A stretch of DNA of 64,000 nucleotides, taken from Raillietiella orientalis (Eukaryota). The stretch's first letter is position 1. Every line of letters starts with the position of its first letter. The notes under the pieces were generated by a model. It was not told the DNA's origin, made no database searches, and saw only the letters and a program-made list of their open reading frames with translations. The position numbers and the translations under genes are program-made. The stretch lies in assembly GCA_036172245.1 (NCBI GenBank), contig JAYWIR010000040.1:372001-436000 (forward strand). The letters run 5' to 3'. Shown here one piece after another: positions 12,532 to 25,699 of the stretch.

Positions 12532-14132
12532 CTTAACAAGAAGCATACATTTAAGAGGTAAGGAAAAGCTCTTCGTTTAGAGATCAAAGAAACAAAAAAA
12601 AAGAAAATTGCAGATGAAAACACTTCGATACAAACGCATTATCCTAGGGTCATTTCCTGAACAAGTGATATCGTGAAAACGAACCGAGATTCAGACCAAA
12701 AAGTCACACAGGTATCAAAAGCAGTACAATGTACATCGGAGTGTTGAGGAGTAAAATTGTTTTTCAAATGGTTTTTGCTTCCCCCCCCCCCCTCCAATCC
12801 TTCCCCGAAAGCAAAAGCTAATTTTTTTTCTCGTTTCTATGAGGAGGCAAAGCACAGAAATCCTTCTTGGTATGACAGCCCTTCAAAAGCTGTATCTCCA
12901 GGCCAATGATTCCAAGAACACATATTCCTAATGCAATTAATCTTATAACTTCTCACCATAACATAAAAATCAGAAAAAATCATCACGAGTGCATCCTGTG
13001 TATTTTATTAATGAGAATCTAATGCTGGATTGGCATGGTTATTTCTTAAAAAGCATAGGAAGCAGCAAAGCCCGTTATAAACAAATATCACACTGATCAA
13101 TAGATATAATGTCTTCCTTGTAGAACAAATTACTGAACTTACAATATAATAGCACAGTATTCAGTTCGCTTTCATTTCTAAGATGACTTGTGTACAAACG
13201 CTTCATAAGATGCATCAAACTGCAACCAGATTACATCATTTACTTCACTTGAGTAAACTCACCTGCTAACTAAGTATGAGTTTAAAAAAGTCCGGCAAAC
13301 TTTACTGATAATGATGATCAAGTTTGAAAAGCTATTGGAACATTTTATTGACGCATGTCAACACGTTTTGTCTGCAGCTAAAAAGTGCTGAAGAGCACTT
13401 TGGTAACGAACGCTTCTTCCGAGAAGCTTAAAGTCCGAGTTGGACGCGTTGCCCCCGGAAGACATCGTGTCAAACACTCTCGCTATGAACGGACAAGAGC
13501 AAGCCTCAGATATGTACCAAAACCTGAGGGAACTCCTGTGACTTCCACATCGGAACCGAAAAGTTGGTTCTGTCTGTTATGCATCCATAGGTTCCGTACA
13601 TCTGGCTTCGTAGGCAGACAAAACGCCAAGAAGAATTCCAGCATTCGATTAGACGGTACATTTGTATCTTCTAAACACGGCATGTATTCTACTTCTACGT
13701 GGTGCACACTTGTAAAGTTCGCACCTTGTGCTCTCGCTAAAACACCAGCTAACAAATGCTCCTTTATTAGGAGGACAGAAGGAAGTGATCTCCGCATCAC
13801 ATAAGCTTTCATCTCACATCAAAGCGAAATCTCGTATAGGGTGTCACTGTCCAAAAATTCCTATATTTTGACTGCCTTTCATTCCTATTCCATTGACCGT
13901 TTTATTCCTCTTTTAGTTTACTAATTCTAAGCACAGCTTTTCGAATGAACTGCCGATTCTACTACGGTTAATACTGTTACTATGAGCACATTACTAATGG
14001 AGTGTACAGTTCCCACAGGCATTCGCTGTTTGCTTATAAACCCTGGGCTTGCAGCCCGATACAGTATACCATTTGGAAAGTATCAAAAACGGAAGTGTAT
14101 TTATTTGATTTGTTTTCTCTAAGTCAGACCTG

Positions 14133-14298
14133 TGTGAGCACAAAGTACAAACTAATTGACTTCATCACAACTTTGCCTATGGTGAAAGAGCTCTGTTGTA
14201 TTTTTTGAAATGTTTCAGAGAAAAGAAGTCAAGTGATCCTAATTCCTTTCTTGATGCTTTTTCTGACAACTTGAGTTAATTTGTACTTTGTGATCACA
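14133..14298. mobile_element. MITE-like element with ~25-bp imperfect terminal inverted repeats
   Basis: TGTGAGCACAAAGTACAAACTAATT at 14133 versus TGTGATCACAAAGTACAAATTAACT, the reverse complement of the stretch ending at 14298. Non-coding interior; no clear TSD seen. Confidence 0.5.
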
Positions 14299-14789
14299 TG
14301 ATTCGAAGTTGTCATCATCGGTTATGCATCCAATAAAGATTTCGCAACAAGCTGAATTCAAAATGCTCATAAATACACAAACCTTCACGATTTATGGAAG
14401 AAAATTGAAGCACGAAGAAACAAATTAAAATACACAGTTATGTATAGTCCCAAAGCAAGGAAATCCCTTGAGATTTACTCAAGGAATTAGGGATTTTAGA
14501 ATAAAAGGATAGGGCGTTCCAAAGTTCCTGTATAAAACATCTAATAAAATCGCAATAGCTCAAGGGCCTCTATCAGATGATGGGCTTGAGGCAACATTTG
14601 TAATGTTCGACAACAGTTTGTTCTTACGTATGCATTAAGAAATGCACTTAGATAGACGATGCTGAACTATGAATCATTTAGCAGATCCATATATGGGTGA
14701 AGTCCAGCCAAATACGTCCTCTTTCGAGATGCCGTCTGTACTGTTTCTTTATTTGATTCCCAAAGATAAGGATGCTCCGAAGATAATAC

Positions 14790-17480
14790 TGAATCACTCA
14801 TTTTTGAAGTTTGGCTGCGGATACTTTAAAAACCCGTTGCCCTTGGATATTATCAGAGAATGAGTCCAAACATTTTCGGCATACTTTGCCAGCACAACAA
14901 CGATTATGCTAAACCAAAGCAAAATATTCAAAAGATGATTGCAATAAAAGAATGAATCTCCATTCCTTTTAGCAACGAGTGATCTTGGATATTCGGTGCA
15001 CACCCTCTGATTGCAGGGTTTTGGGAACTGAGTTGCTGCCACGCAGGCAAGTGCAATTTGGAGCGACGATATCCATTGCTGCATGGATCAACTTCCCTGA
15101 AATTTGCAAGTCACTTTTCGCACATGATGCTCTTTGCAAGAAAACAAAATACTATATTCCGGCCTTTTTCTAGGATTACAACAGAAAACTAAGTATTTTC
15201 CTCGTTCCCTCGGAATCTTGAAGATTTCTGTGCAGCACGGAATTTCTGTGTGCTTGATGGATGGCGGCCTGTGATACAGAAATTCCTAGCAACATTCGCA
15301 TCCTTCTATCACACAGGTCTTCTGGTGGTATCCAAACTGAGCTTGGCAGCAGATGAAGTCACTGTACAGACACTCCATCGATTTAATGATTTTGAATTAG
15401 CATCAACGGGTGTATCATTAATGACTGCAAAAGAATGGCAACAGAATTGAACACGAAGACGTTCCCGTAAGACCTTTAAATCAACAAATCCTCAAGATCA
15501 GCCGTTTTGATCATTACTTAAGATGATTTCAAGTAACTGATCGTCTTCCAACTGTAATATGAGAAGGCTACATGTCCTACTTCGGAAAACATTTCACTAC
15601 AGATAATAATCGTTATACAGCTTGAAACTAATGACCGACACTGTTCGGTTGCTCGCAATAACGCCTGCATCCAATGACCGAATCACTTACACAGTATGAG
15701 GCGGCAAACATACCACTTATGTTTAAGTTACTCAGAGTTCATCGGAGAGATCAACACGGCCATCGTATATTAACGAAATTCGTCCTTTCATGTATCACAT
15801 TTTGCTGCTGGTATCAATAAGTACTTGTTCTCATGACATCCGGAATGGAAATCCGTATGATGGAAATCCTTCTATTTCTGTCTTCGCAGTTCTTCGACAC
15901 GGTTCCACGCCACCCACCCGAGGATGGATAATTCTTCAAGATAAGGGGTACCCCGGAATGGGTACGCCCTATGAATCCAGGAAGGACTCGGAGTCCGTTC
16001 CTCTCACTGCTGGGGAGGGATCCCCGAAAATGGAAATCACCTTGTTGTCTCCTTTCTTATTCTCTCCGGGGGGGTCCGCTCCATTCTTGCTTCTCTGAAG
16101 GGAACCCGGAAAAGATCCGCTCCTGGAATTTCTTCTCCGGAGGGATCCCCCGCAAGGGATCCGATCCTGTTTTCCCTGAAGAAGAAGGGACGCTTCCGAA
16201 ATTCAGAAGGACGCAGCTTTCCCGAAGGAATCGGCTCGCTTCTCTGCACTCTCTGGAGAGGTGGTAGCGACACACCTACTCCATCAGTACGACGCGGAGA
16301 ATCCCCCTGGAATAGGGGGTCCACTCCTTCACAACCGGAGGGGGAGCTCCCACTTCGTGATTCCTGGAAGGACCCGGAGGTCGACTCCCATTTGTCCTGG
16401 CCCTCATCGGGGGCATCCGGTTTCAACCGCTACCAGTGCCGCACCCTGATGAATGTAGGCCAACCAGCGTCATTTTGCGGGGTGAACTCGGAACCCACAA
16501 CGCACTGCGCCGATTCCTTCGGAGTATTCGAGCCCATGACGCGTGGTGCCACGCGCGGAGACCGCAGCAACCACACGGCCTCCGACGTGGGCTACCCGGT
16601 ATTAACAAGTACTTGTTCTCATGCTTGAAAGGGTGGTGGATCTAACAAGAACCTTTTTTGCGTCCTGAAAGCATCCCGTCTTTGTGTTCAATTTTTTTTC
16701 CCGCTTTCTTCGTGGAAGTTTGCCTTTTCCTCACCTGCTAACTACATGTGAGTGTAGTCTTTTCCTGTGACTTTCACAAGGAAATCATTGTAGCTTTTGA
16801 AATATCTTATAATATAATAGTAAACATAGACGAGCCTTTTCTATTAGTATCAGACCACGGAGTCGACTTGGACGGCTATACGCTGAGCAAACCAGGTCGG
16901 TATAGCCCTTTCGACTTATGATTCGCGTCTAGTCCTGAACGCTTTCGGCTAGGCATATGCAACATTGACATGCTCCAGACGTTGACTTCATTCTTTTTTT
17001 GTTATTTAATTCTTGGGATAGAGCTGTGATTCATGCCAAATGCAATCAGGCTAGATTTCTTTTTTTTGTTTTTTTTTATCAAGCCTTTGTCGCATTGTCT
17101 GAACACTGTGTTCTGATGATGATGTTACATGAGCATGCTTTGCCGATCTGTGGTCCATAGTCAACCCTTTAAAAGAAACCCAACCAGAATCTCGTGATTA
17201 AAAACAGAGCTCTGTAGATGTAAAAAAATCTGAAGTATGACATACGCGAAAGGCAAAGTGTGCCTTACTTGTAAAGTATTCTATAAAACCGGAGATTTCC
17301 CTGAGATTGATCGATGGCAGATGGTATGTGAACCATCACGAGTGCATGTAAGCACGAAGTAGCTCGCACAGAGTTCTCCAGGCACTTACGCAATCAGTCC
17401 TGAATTTGACCCAAAATGGGAACAAGAAAAGGCCATGCAGTAACTGATATGGAATTCAATGAGAGTCATTGTGCTCCAGA
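14790..17480 (-). mobile_element. Decayed P-element/THAP9-superfamily transposase in SCAP intron 4, split by a nested LINE fragment
   Basis: Frameshifted motifs in canonical order: GF..VDYG (~17150-17185), FLLDPP...MRT resembling D.PHL.K..RN (~16607-16650), FAAS..SDSV (~15670-15710), KLSLD...GRHPSSTQKFRAAQK resembling LSQD.LE...N.HP...F..A.K (~15225-15350), and LIISKGNGFLKYP resembling LI..K..GGL..PS (~14815-14856). Confidence 0.55.
15836..16606 (+). mobile_element. 5'-truncated non-LTR retrotransposon fragment (family copy A) with 17-bp TSD
   Basis: Exact direct repeat AAGTACTTGTTCTCATG at 15819-15835 and 16607-16623 flanks a GC-rich 771-bp insert. Degenerate C-terminal CCHC knuckle LCTL(C)GEVVATHLLHQ at ~16243-16290. 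Homologous to segments near 34.5-35.0, 36.0-36.2, 42.7-43.3 and 47.5-47.9 kb. Confidence 0.8.
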
Positions 17481-18390
17481 CTATCTTCAAATTTCGGAAA
17501 TATCCGCGTGGTTCCTTTACACCTCGACATGCGCGCAATGAACGGAGGAGAAGCAGTTCTGATGCTGAAGTTTCCTCTCAAGGCCAGGTATTGGTGACAA
17601 ACCTCGTAATCAGCTGAGTCTAGAAGAAAAGCACAAGCTTACTGATGCAGTTTCACAGTCTGCTCTCTTCGCCTCACGTGAAGACAGTTATACTCAGCGT
17701 TGTTTATGTTGCCTGTCCACTATGACTCACGTTTGAAAGACTAAAAATTTTCATTATTAGCTACTGCGATGTGATTGAGTGCGTGATTACTAAATGAATT
17801 CTGGAAACCAAGGCTGTCTTCCTGCGAAACTGCAACAGTTTCAAGGAAGACTGTTACTGTTTATAACATCGTGATTGTTCTTTTTTCCCTTTTCTTGATT
17901 CCGAAAGAGTTGGTAGGTAAGGGAAGAAATGCAGTCGGACATGAGCGAGGTCGAGTCAACACGAGATTGATCCCGCGTTCACGAAATTTTGCTTCATTTG
18001 CAGCTTCAGTCTGGACGGCTTTTCGATATTCTTTTTCTTCTATGTCTCTCGCGCTGAGAGATCAAATACATCCATCAGCTGAAGGCGGTCGTGAGACGAA
18101 CGATCACTCTGTCCTAAGATCCATCCGCAACCTCTTTCGCTTCTTTTCGAAAAACGCACACATGGGACATCGGATGCACACTTTGAAGGTCAAAATATAA
18201 AACTTAGGAGTACGCTTGAAGAGCAGCACCGTATCTGTGTACAGTTACTTTCAAGAAATATGCTTCTCACAAGTTGCAAAGTCTTTTAGAGCATAAAACA
18301 GACAACATCTGCACACAACTCAAATCAACACTTACAAATTCATTTATAAGCACAATGACCAACACCCATATCAAGATGCTGAGAACTAAC

Positions 18391-18568
18391 CTGACTTTCA
18401 AAAATCGTATCCAATATACCGCTATCATTTAGGAAGTTATTTTTGTCTAGCTTCCAAAGATTTGCGGGCGACAGAATAAGGCAACTATATTTCGGGAGAA
18501 GATGCTTGGGATCTGTATCTAACGTTGATTCTTCAACATGTAAACAAATATCATTTATCGACAACTTT
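18391..18568 (-). CDS. SCAP: SCAP coding exon 4 (loop 1)
   Basis: Acceptor TTTTTTCCAG|. Encodes DICLHV...LLPKYSCLILSPANLWKLDKNNFLNDSGILDTI, similar to SCAP LCLQV...[33 protein letters not shown]. Donor CAG|GTTAGT, phase 0. Confidence 0.93.
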
Positions 18569-19009
18569 CTGGAAAAAACGACGGATTCAGCACTGATGAC
18601 TATGCAAACTATCATTCCAGCAAACCGATACATCAAAAAGAAAATCTGTACTGAAAATGTGCATGATCAAGATGCATGCTCCCCAGGAGATATTAAGGGC
18701 ACAGCATCTTACAGAAACATATATTAAAATTTTGCAATTTACTTCCTTGTCAGATGCTTGCAACCTTCTCGAAATTTGTATGCGTTTGAATTCATTTGCT
18801 TGCAAAAACACACATCCGAAAGGATATGTGTTTATTAACAAATAGAGCTCTTTATGTCATTTTACCAAGCAATGAATCACAGATAAATTATATGATTGAG
18901 ACAAAGCACAATGTTTCTTTACTTCCACAAAGAGGCCGTAATCAGTAGTAAAAAAAAAAAAAAAAAAAAGATGTCCGAGCTGACACTTTGGAGTTCTGGT
19001 TTGAGTTCG

Positions 19010-19294
19010 CTCCCTTAACGAAATGTTAGAATAGAGAGAAAAACAACGCGCCTTAGAATGAGGATGTAGATGACGTATTTGGTGCTTGACACAGTATGCT
19101 AGCAAATAGAACGACAGTCGACTTTTTGATTACGGAAGTCAAAAGACCAAAGTCTCTTAATACTGATTATTGATTTGCTTTTTATTGATTTTGAATTGAC
19201 TGCGCATTGATTTTTTCTATTTTTATGGACGTTGTCTTGTGAAGCATTAACAGATGTTAAGCACACAACTTTCAGATCTCCCTTAACGAAATGT
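19010..19294. repeat. 17-bp direct repeat pair flanking ~250 bp (possible TSD-bounded insertion or local duplication)
   Basis: CTCCCTTAACGAAATGT occurs at 19010-19026 and 19278-19294, followed by short imperfect tandem GAATACAGG(G)AAAA units at ~19298-19341. Confidence 0.55.
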
Positions 19295-20013
19295 AAAGGA
19301 ACAGGGAAAAGAATACAGGAAAACGAATACAGGGAAAAGAATGAACTATATCACTTTTACAAGTCTTAATTAGAAAACAATTCCTCTGAAAATGAACTAC
19401 TTAATTCAATTTTCATAAAATTGAGGGGCTCAACTATTCCCAATATCGACAAATATCTGTTAGTGTTCTTCAAATAATCGATTCAGACTGAAATCAAATA
19501 TTCACCAAGTAAGGAAACGAAGGAAATTTCAAGGGTACAAAAAATCAATGTATCCCTCACAAAGGCATGTATATACTACAAATTGTTTTAAACTAAATTA
19601 ATTTTCACATTAACGGAATTCAGTCCATTTCTGAATGAAACAACTGTTGCATAATATAGTTAGTTAATCTACTGCCATATTCAGGCAAACAAATTGGAAA
19701 GAATACACATTATCCAAAACATGAGGGAATGAGGTCAGCAATATTGATAAAGCATAGCAAACTCATTTAAACTGACTTTTTTGAACTAGAATGAACTCAG
19801 ATCAAGAGCACAGTCACTTACAAACTGTACTATTGAGCTGATTAGTAGTCATGAAATCTCTACTGCAAAACACCTCATTGTCCAAGGAAATAAGGAACAC
19901 TACTTGTGAACTCCTATCAATCAAGAAATTTAGAGAGTAATTATTAAGTAAAGAAGATTTCAACATTCTGGTGAAAGAGGGTTTTGTATCTATATGATCA
20001 TATTTTAGAAGTA

Positions 20014-20046
<33 letters not shown>

Positions 20047-20843
20047 TTAATTTCAAACCAAACATGAATTTTAAAAGTGGACGCCAAAGCATACGAATCA
20101 TACACGGATTATAAAATAAATAGAAGTGTATTTCTTAATTTCTTGAAAATCGGAAGGCATTAAATACTGTGCTTGAAAAGTCAAACACAGAAAAAGTGAG
20201 ATTTGCTCAGAAACAAAGGAATTTATCAATACTAAGTTAGCTTCAATAAAAATGTTTCTCAATACACAAATCTCAAATATAACAAATATTGTAATTCTAC
20301 CAGGAGTCTGTGGTTCTTGAACTGAAAATAAAAAATTATATTTATCATGACACGTTTGCAAAGAACACTCATAAAAAAACAAAGACTTTTCCATTTTGAA
20401 CAAGGAAAACAGAGAAGCCTTTTTGTTTTTTTATGGGAGCATCAATCAAACAAATTACTTCAAAGAACAAGATCCCAATAACAAACTCTTTGCCATGATT
20501 GAGAACCATTTGCTTAAATTTTTGTACTATAATAGACTGTGCAACTGATGCAAACGAGGGGAATTACAAACTAAAACTGTTGTTGAAATACTTCAACTTA
20601 TGAGTTTTTTAAAAGAAACATGACTTCACATTTCATTCAAAGTGTGACGTTTTTCACAAAGCAGTTGTTAAAATTGGTTTAGAACTGCACATTTTTTTGA
20701 CAAATTTTGTAACCATTAAGGTAGTATTACTCATTTCTTGCATCTTGTACGGTCAAAGCACAAATTTACTTGAAAACGAATAATTGATGAACAGAAAAGA
20801 ATCAAAGGGGACGAAGTATACTAATCAAATACTCAAAACTTAC

Positions 20844-20968
20844 AAATTATCATCATGAAAATTGCTGACGACTTCCAATATATCAAAAGCTTTGTACAAA
20901 GGAGAAATAAAGGCATCTACCTTTTCAAGTGAACTAATCCATGGATTGACTAAGGAAACAATCACAAA
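20844..20968 (-). CDS. SCAP: SCAP coding exon 3 (loop 1)
   Basis: Acceptor TTGCAG|. Encodes FVIVSLVNPWISSLEKVDAFISPLYKAFDILEVVSNF, similar to SCAP [30 protein letters not shown]. Donor |GTAAGT, phase 2. Confidence 0.9.
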
Positions 20969-21012
20969 CTGCAAGCATATTACTATGGTGCACCATACTG
21001 ATGTGCAAGTAC

Positions 21013-21178
21013 CTGCTGAATATAAACAAAACTTTCCTGCTTTGTCCAAGGAGGATGTTGATCTATTGATGCTGAAGAATTATTACCATTCTCTTTATTT
21101 TCATTTACACTGATAGATAAATCTTCAACATATTCTCTTGGTGTGCTCCCAAAAAATGATATCTTTGTTAAAGGATAA
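21013..21178 (-). CDS. SCAP: SCAP coding exon 2 (start of luminal loop 1)
   Basis: Acceptor TTTTAG|. Encodes SYPLTKISFFGSTP...PPWTKQESFVYIQQ, similar to SCAP CYPLLKLPLPGTGP...PEWYVGAPVAYVQQ. Donor CAG|GTACTT, phase 0. Confidence 0.9.
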
Positions 21179-21239
21179 CTAAAAGTAATAATATTCATTT
21201 GAAATGAACTTCAAAAAAGACTAGCTTCTAATTTCCTAC

Positions 21240-21385
21240 CTGCAAATTAAAAGCAATATAATAATAATTATGGTAACTACTTCTGGATGCAACGAACACC
21301 TCAATCCATGTTTATAGAATATTTCTGAAGCATATTCTGGTATTCCCGTTTTGCTTTTGGTAAAGTTACTAATGTTCACTTTCAT
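21240..21385 (-). CDS. SCAP: SCAP coding exon 1 (start codon, TM1)
   Basis: Manual translation gives MKVNISNFTKSKTGIPEYASEIFYKHGLRCSLHPEVVTIIIIILLLIC. FYKHGLRCSLHP matches mammalian SCAP FYNHGLLCASYP. Donor AG|GTAGG, phase 2. Not in the ORF track. Confidence 0.9.
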
Positions 21386-24300
21386 GGTAGATATGGATAC
21401 CATATGCCATTCAATGTAGAAACAATTAGACTACTTGTTTTTCATAAATCATCCTAATAATATTGAGGATTTTTGCAAGTCTCACATTTCTTGATAAGGT
21501 TGGAATGACATCCACAAAATGACTTTCTACAAGAGGATGACATCAAAATATGAAATTGGTATACAGAATAACACTGGGTGTAACTAAATGACACGGGCGA
21601 TTAATGACATATCAGAATTAAAATTGAAAACTGACCATGTGTTCACTTACACTATTAGTCAAACTAGTATAATTTGCTGTAATGAAATGAAAAATTAAAC
21701 ATCGTTGCTTATATTTACAGCAATGAAATTTCATGCAGGTGAAAAAAAAGGGGGGAAAATGAGCATCTTTTCGGGAAACACCTTAGGTATCTACCCATCA
21801 AAACAAGACACTAATGAACCCTGGCTGGCAAAACCTGTCATATGTAAACTCTCCAAACATATTCCCTCTTAATAATAGTAGTTTTCTTCCTTGGGCACTG
21901 TTTTCATTTTTGCAAATGATGCATGCAATTCATTACAATATAATACTACTCCTTAGAGCATTACTAAATGTTGGTATTCTTGAGTTGATTTTCTTGCAAT
22001 ATTGCAGCAAGGCAGGTAGATAATGCACAGAACAGAGCTGCAGATCAGGTTTGTCTCCAAAAGTTCAAAATTTGATATCTGAGATTTATGACACGTTATC
22101 TATGACATACACTTACTATATACCCTTACGGTATTGACTACTGGTGATGAAAGGCCTACATGTGTATATATATATACACACTATCCTTTCACCAAGTTCA
22201 TATATAATACATGTATGCATAGTTGTGCACAGACCCATATACATTTACACTGAACGTTCCTGTCCTCAGTCAATCTCTCATTCCTTTCGTGGATATGCAT
22301 CGGAAAGTTGAAAACTTACCACATGTCTGGTGTACACAGCCAGCAAAGGTACACACAACGACCTGCACCTGCACGAATGCTCGTGCGCGCTGCCGATTTG
22401 AACGGGCGCTTCGCACTCGGTGCACAGACCTTTGCCACTGCTGGAAGGCTTTTGCCACTTGAAAACCAAGAAATCACGAGAAAGCCAGGAAGCATCAAGC
22501 ATTCCAGGAGGAACGAGTTCTCGAGGAGGATCCCGGCTCAAGCGAGTGGGGTCCGATCTTGGTCCGGGAGGGAGGAACGTGGAAGTGGATTGCTTGGATC
22601 CCGGAATCGATCGACTTCTTTCTGTGCTTCGAGGAGTGCTGGGATTCAGCTACGGATGGTACTCTGAGAGGTTCCAAAGGTCGTCAGGGATGTTTCTGGA
22701 TGAAAAAAAAAAAAAAAAAACTGGAGTGGAAAGTACCTTTGAAGATTTCCACGGCCCGACAGTTTCAAATGTTAACTTTCACGTTCCATCTGCATAAAAA
22801 AGAAGCTCAAATTCATTCTCTTCGGCTAGCATAAGGTTTCTTCTACGCTCTGAATTCTGTTCTCTAAATAAATACGTTATGTTTCCGTTTAAGAAAAACA
22901 TTCCAGCCAGAGAACAAGAAAAAAAAAAAAAACGAACATGTAGACGTATCCTGGATGACTTCACAGGCAAGCAAATGTGACGAATTTTATTGAACTCAAA
23001 CGAGATTCTAACAGCTAATTACGGGGGGAGGGGGAGAGAGCGAGAGAAAAAGTTCGTTATAACGGAAACGTTCATAGCTGTTAGTCAACTTGAAATAAGA
23101 AAGCATAATTAAAACATCACACGAATTTTACAAATGACTATTCTAAAACGGAAGCCTTAGCTCCTTTAATAGCAGCAAAAGAGGACTCCAGCAGCGGGAG
23201 GATTTATTTAATTACGTGCTCCGCACCAAGTGACCCTGCTTCTGTTTCCGGGTTGAATCCCAGGGTCATTTTTCATTTTGCTGTAAATTATGTACATGCA
23301 GTGCAGGTTACTGTTATTCTGGGAATGTTCAAATATTCAATTGCCTTTGTAATTCAAGAAACGGGACCGCAGTTCTGAAAGATCTGTGCCTGGCTTGAAA
23401 TCTTTATCTCCCATGCATCAATCTCATGTGTGTCCCCTTTGAAATCCTTGATTACACTTGCAGTCTGCAAGGTGATTCGCTGGTTGAGGTTCAGCTGCAA
23501 GTCTATGTACGAAGTGGAGGGTGTAAAGAGATCAAAATGCAGTGGATGATAAAAACGAAAATGCAGACACATCCTGGCAAAAGGAGGAAGAGAAAAAAAA
23601 AAAAAAACATCTCAAACGAATGCAATCTTCTCTTTGTGTTCCTTTTCTACAATCTACGATTCGGCAGTTGCCAAGGCTGAAGATTTATGAAAGATGGGAA
23701 CACGCAGCCACGTGAGAGACTCACAGAATTTCATAATTAATAATTTAGAACGGCGATTAAAAAAATATACACATCAACTGAAGAATGTGGAAGCTAATAT
23801 AAAGACGACGAAACCTCAGATCATACGATGGTTAGGGAAATGGAGAAGTTCTACGTTTTTCAACTGCTTCCTCAAAATACTTTACTAACTGAGACTTACT
23901 ATACTTGCTTTTGAATACTCTCATACGATGTCTATCGCTATGGTGACCGCATTTTGAAATCAAATTCTCTTTCGATCTGCACCGAAAATGCCACCTGTTT
24001 GCTTTCGGAGAGAATCGAAAACCGGGATGAAATAACTGTGGCTATATATGTGACATCAATCACAAACACGTGTTGCTCAGCATTTCCCACACACTGCCTC
24101 GTCGCCTCTATTTAATCGAGAAAATCAGAACCGTACAATACTGAATTGACGTATACACTGCAAGGAAGTTTCGTTCGAAAACGTGTTCTCCAAAGTGTTG
24201 AGGTGATGAATGGAAGTCGGAAAATTTCTCGAATCGGATTACGATGGCTGGTGTGCCTATGAGCCACCAGCCAAAAGATAATTAGCCACCACGCCGCAGC

Positions 24301-25699
24301 GGTCAAAGGTATAGAACCGTAAGCAATTCTGGTCGGCGACTCGAAACGAATAAACGAAATAAAGTACTTATCGAAATCACCACCTAACAGAAATGATTAT
24401 GAAGATAGCTTTCACGCGTCGGATTTTCGTGAAGGACATGCGAAGATCCAGAGGAAACAAAAATGAGTTCGTAATGGCAAGGTGTCAACGTAAAAGTTCA
24501 GTTGTTTCTCATGTATGGTTGCTTCAGCTCTCTCTAAAGAAAATAACTCTGAATATACCGATGTTTCACAAAATAGATCGTTCCAGCAGTCGACTCATGA
24601 AAACAGGATTTCAGTTATTATGGGAAAAGCAATTCCAGCTTTTCTCAAACATTTGATGGCTCATTAATTTTTTTTTTTTTTTGGTACGTCTTTATATCCT
24701 AGGAAAGGGAAGGAAAAAAAAAAAAAAAATTCTGCCATAGTATTTCCAGAACAACGGGAAACATATTTTTGATCTCGTGTGTTTCACTGGCTGCAAAGCT
24801 TTAACAGCTGCTGATATTTTCGCAAAAGCTCAGAAATTTGCCTCTTACCACACCACATGGACGACTTCCCCCAACTTCCTTCGGTTAAGCATTCAACGGA
24901 GAATATCCACCTTGACTCTAATGGAAGCAACTTTGATCACTGTTTTTACAAGATGCAAGCGGAGATTTGTTCAAAGATATGGATGCAGAGTTGGATATCT
25001 GTCGGGAAGAAAATCACTGGGCTCGTGCAAGTTGTCATCAGTCATCTGGAATCCTTGAGGAATGGAGAGTATATATATATGAATAAAGGGTACGCTTATC
25101 TGACGTGATAAGCATGGGGCACAAAACGTGGACCACATATCTCAAAATGCTAAGTATATTTCGCGAATATGCTTAGCATCTCGAATGACTGTCTTGTTGC
25201 CTAGAAAAGTCGTTGAATGTCAAGAAAGATATCGTGAGGGGCTGCTCACTCCCAGTGGGAAGCACCGATTCCTATTTTCCAAATCTACAAGTATCATATC
25301 ATTTCATCTTCCTTAGTACGTGAACTGTGCAGTGGAATTTTCATGACTATTTTTCGACTGAGAAAACATAATGGGATTTTTATCTAACAAGAAACCTATA
25401 AATAACGGATAGCTACTGTACACAGAGTATGTCTTTGATGTTACCAAAAATGTAGTCGAGATCTAAGATGCTTCTATAATTGACAGTTTTGCAAAAACTC
25501 CCAGGCCCTTATCATAGCAGTGATTTTCTGGTCTCACAGTAAAATAGTTCCTGAAAAGAATCGTAACTTATAATAGATGCTAACCAAATTAAATGTCCAA
25601 CTTCAAAAAATACGGAAGATCTGTTGCCTGAAATGCCTGAATTGTGAGAATTGTTCTTTCGATGAGCGAAATTAATTATTCTCTTTAAGAACTACCCAT

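Noticed and set aside
13270..13840. Mariner-like relic (TATACGAG end, GR..PED-like peptide)
   Set aside because: Termini do not pair convincingly and no DD34D motifs were found.
22270..22700. LINE C-terminal zinc-knuckle fragment (LCTECEAP...HEHSC) on the minus strand
   Set aside because: Cys/His spacing is imperfect and homology to the other copies could not be established by eye.
23231..23273. tRNA/Pol III-like element (TGACCCTG...GGGTTGAATCC CAGGGTCA TTTTT)
   Set aside because: B-box-like motif and short stem only; no cloverleaf or A box could be built.
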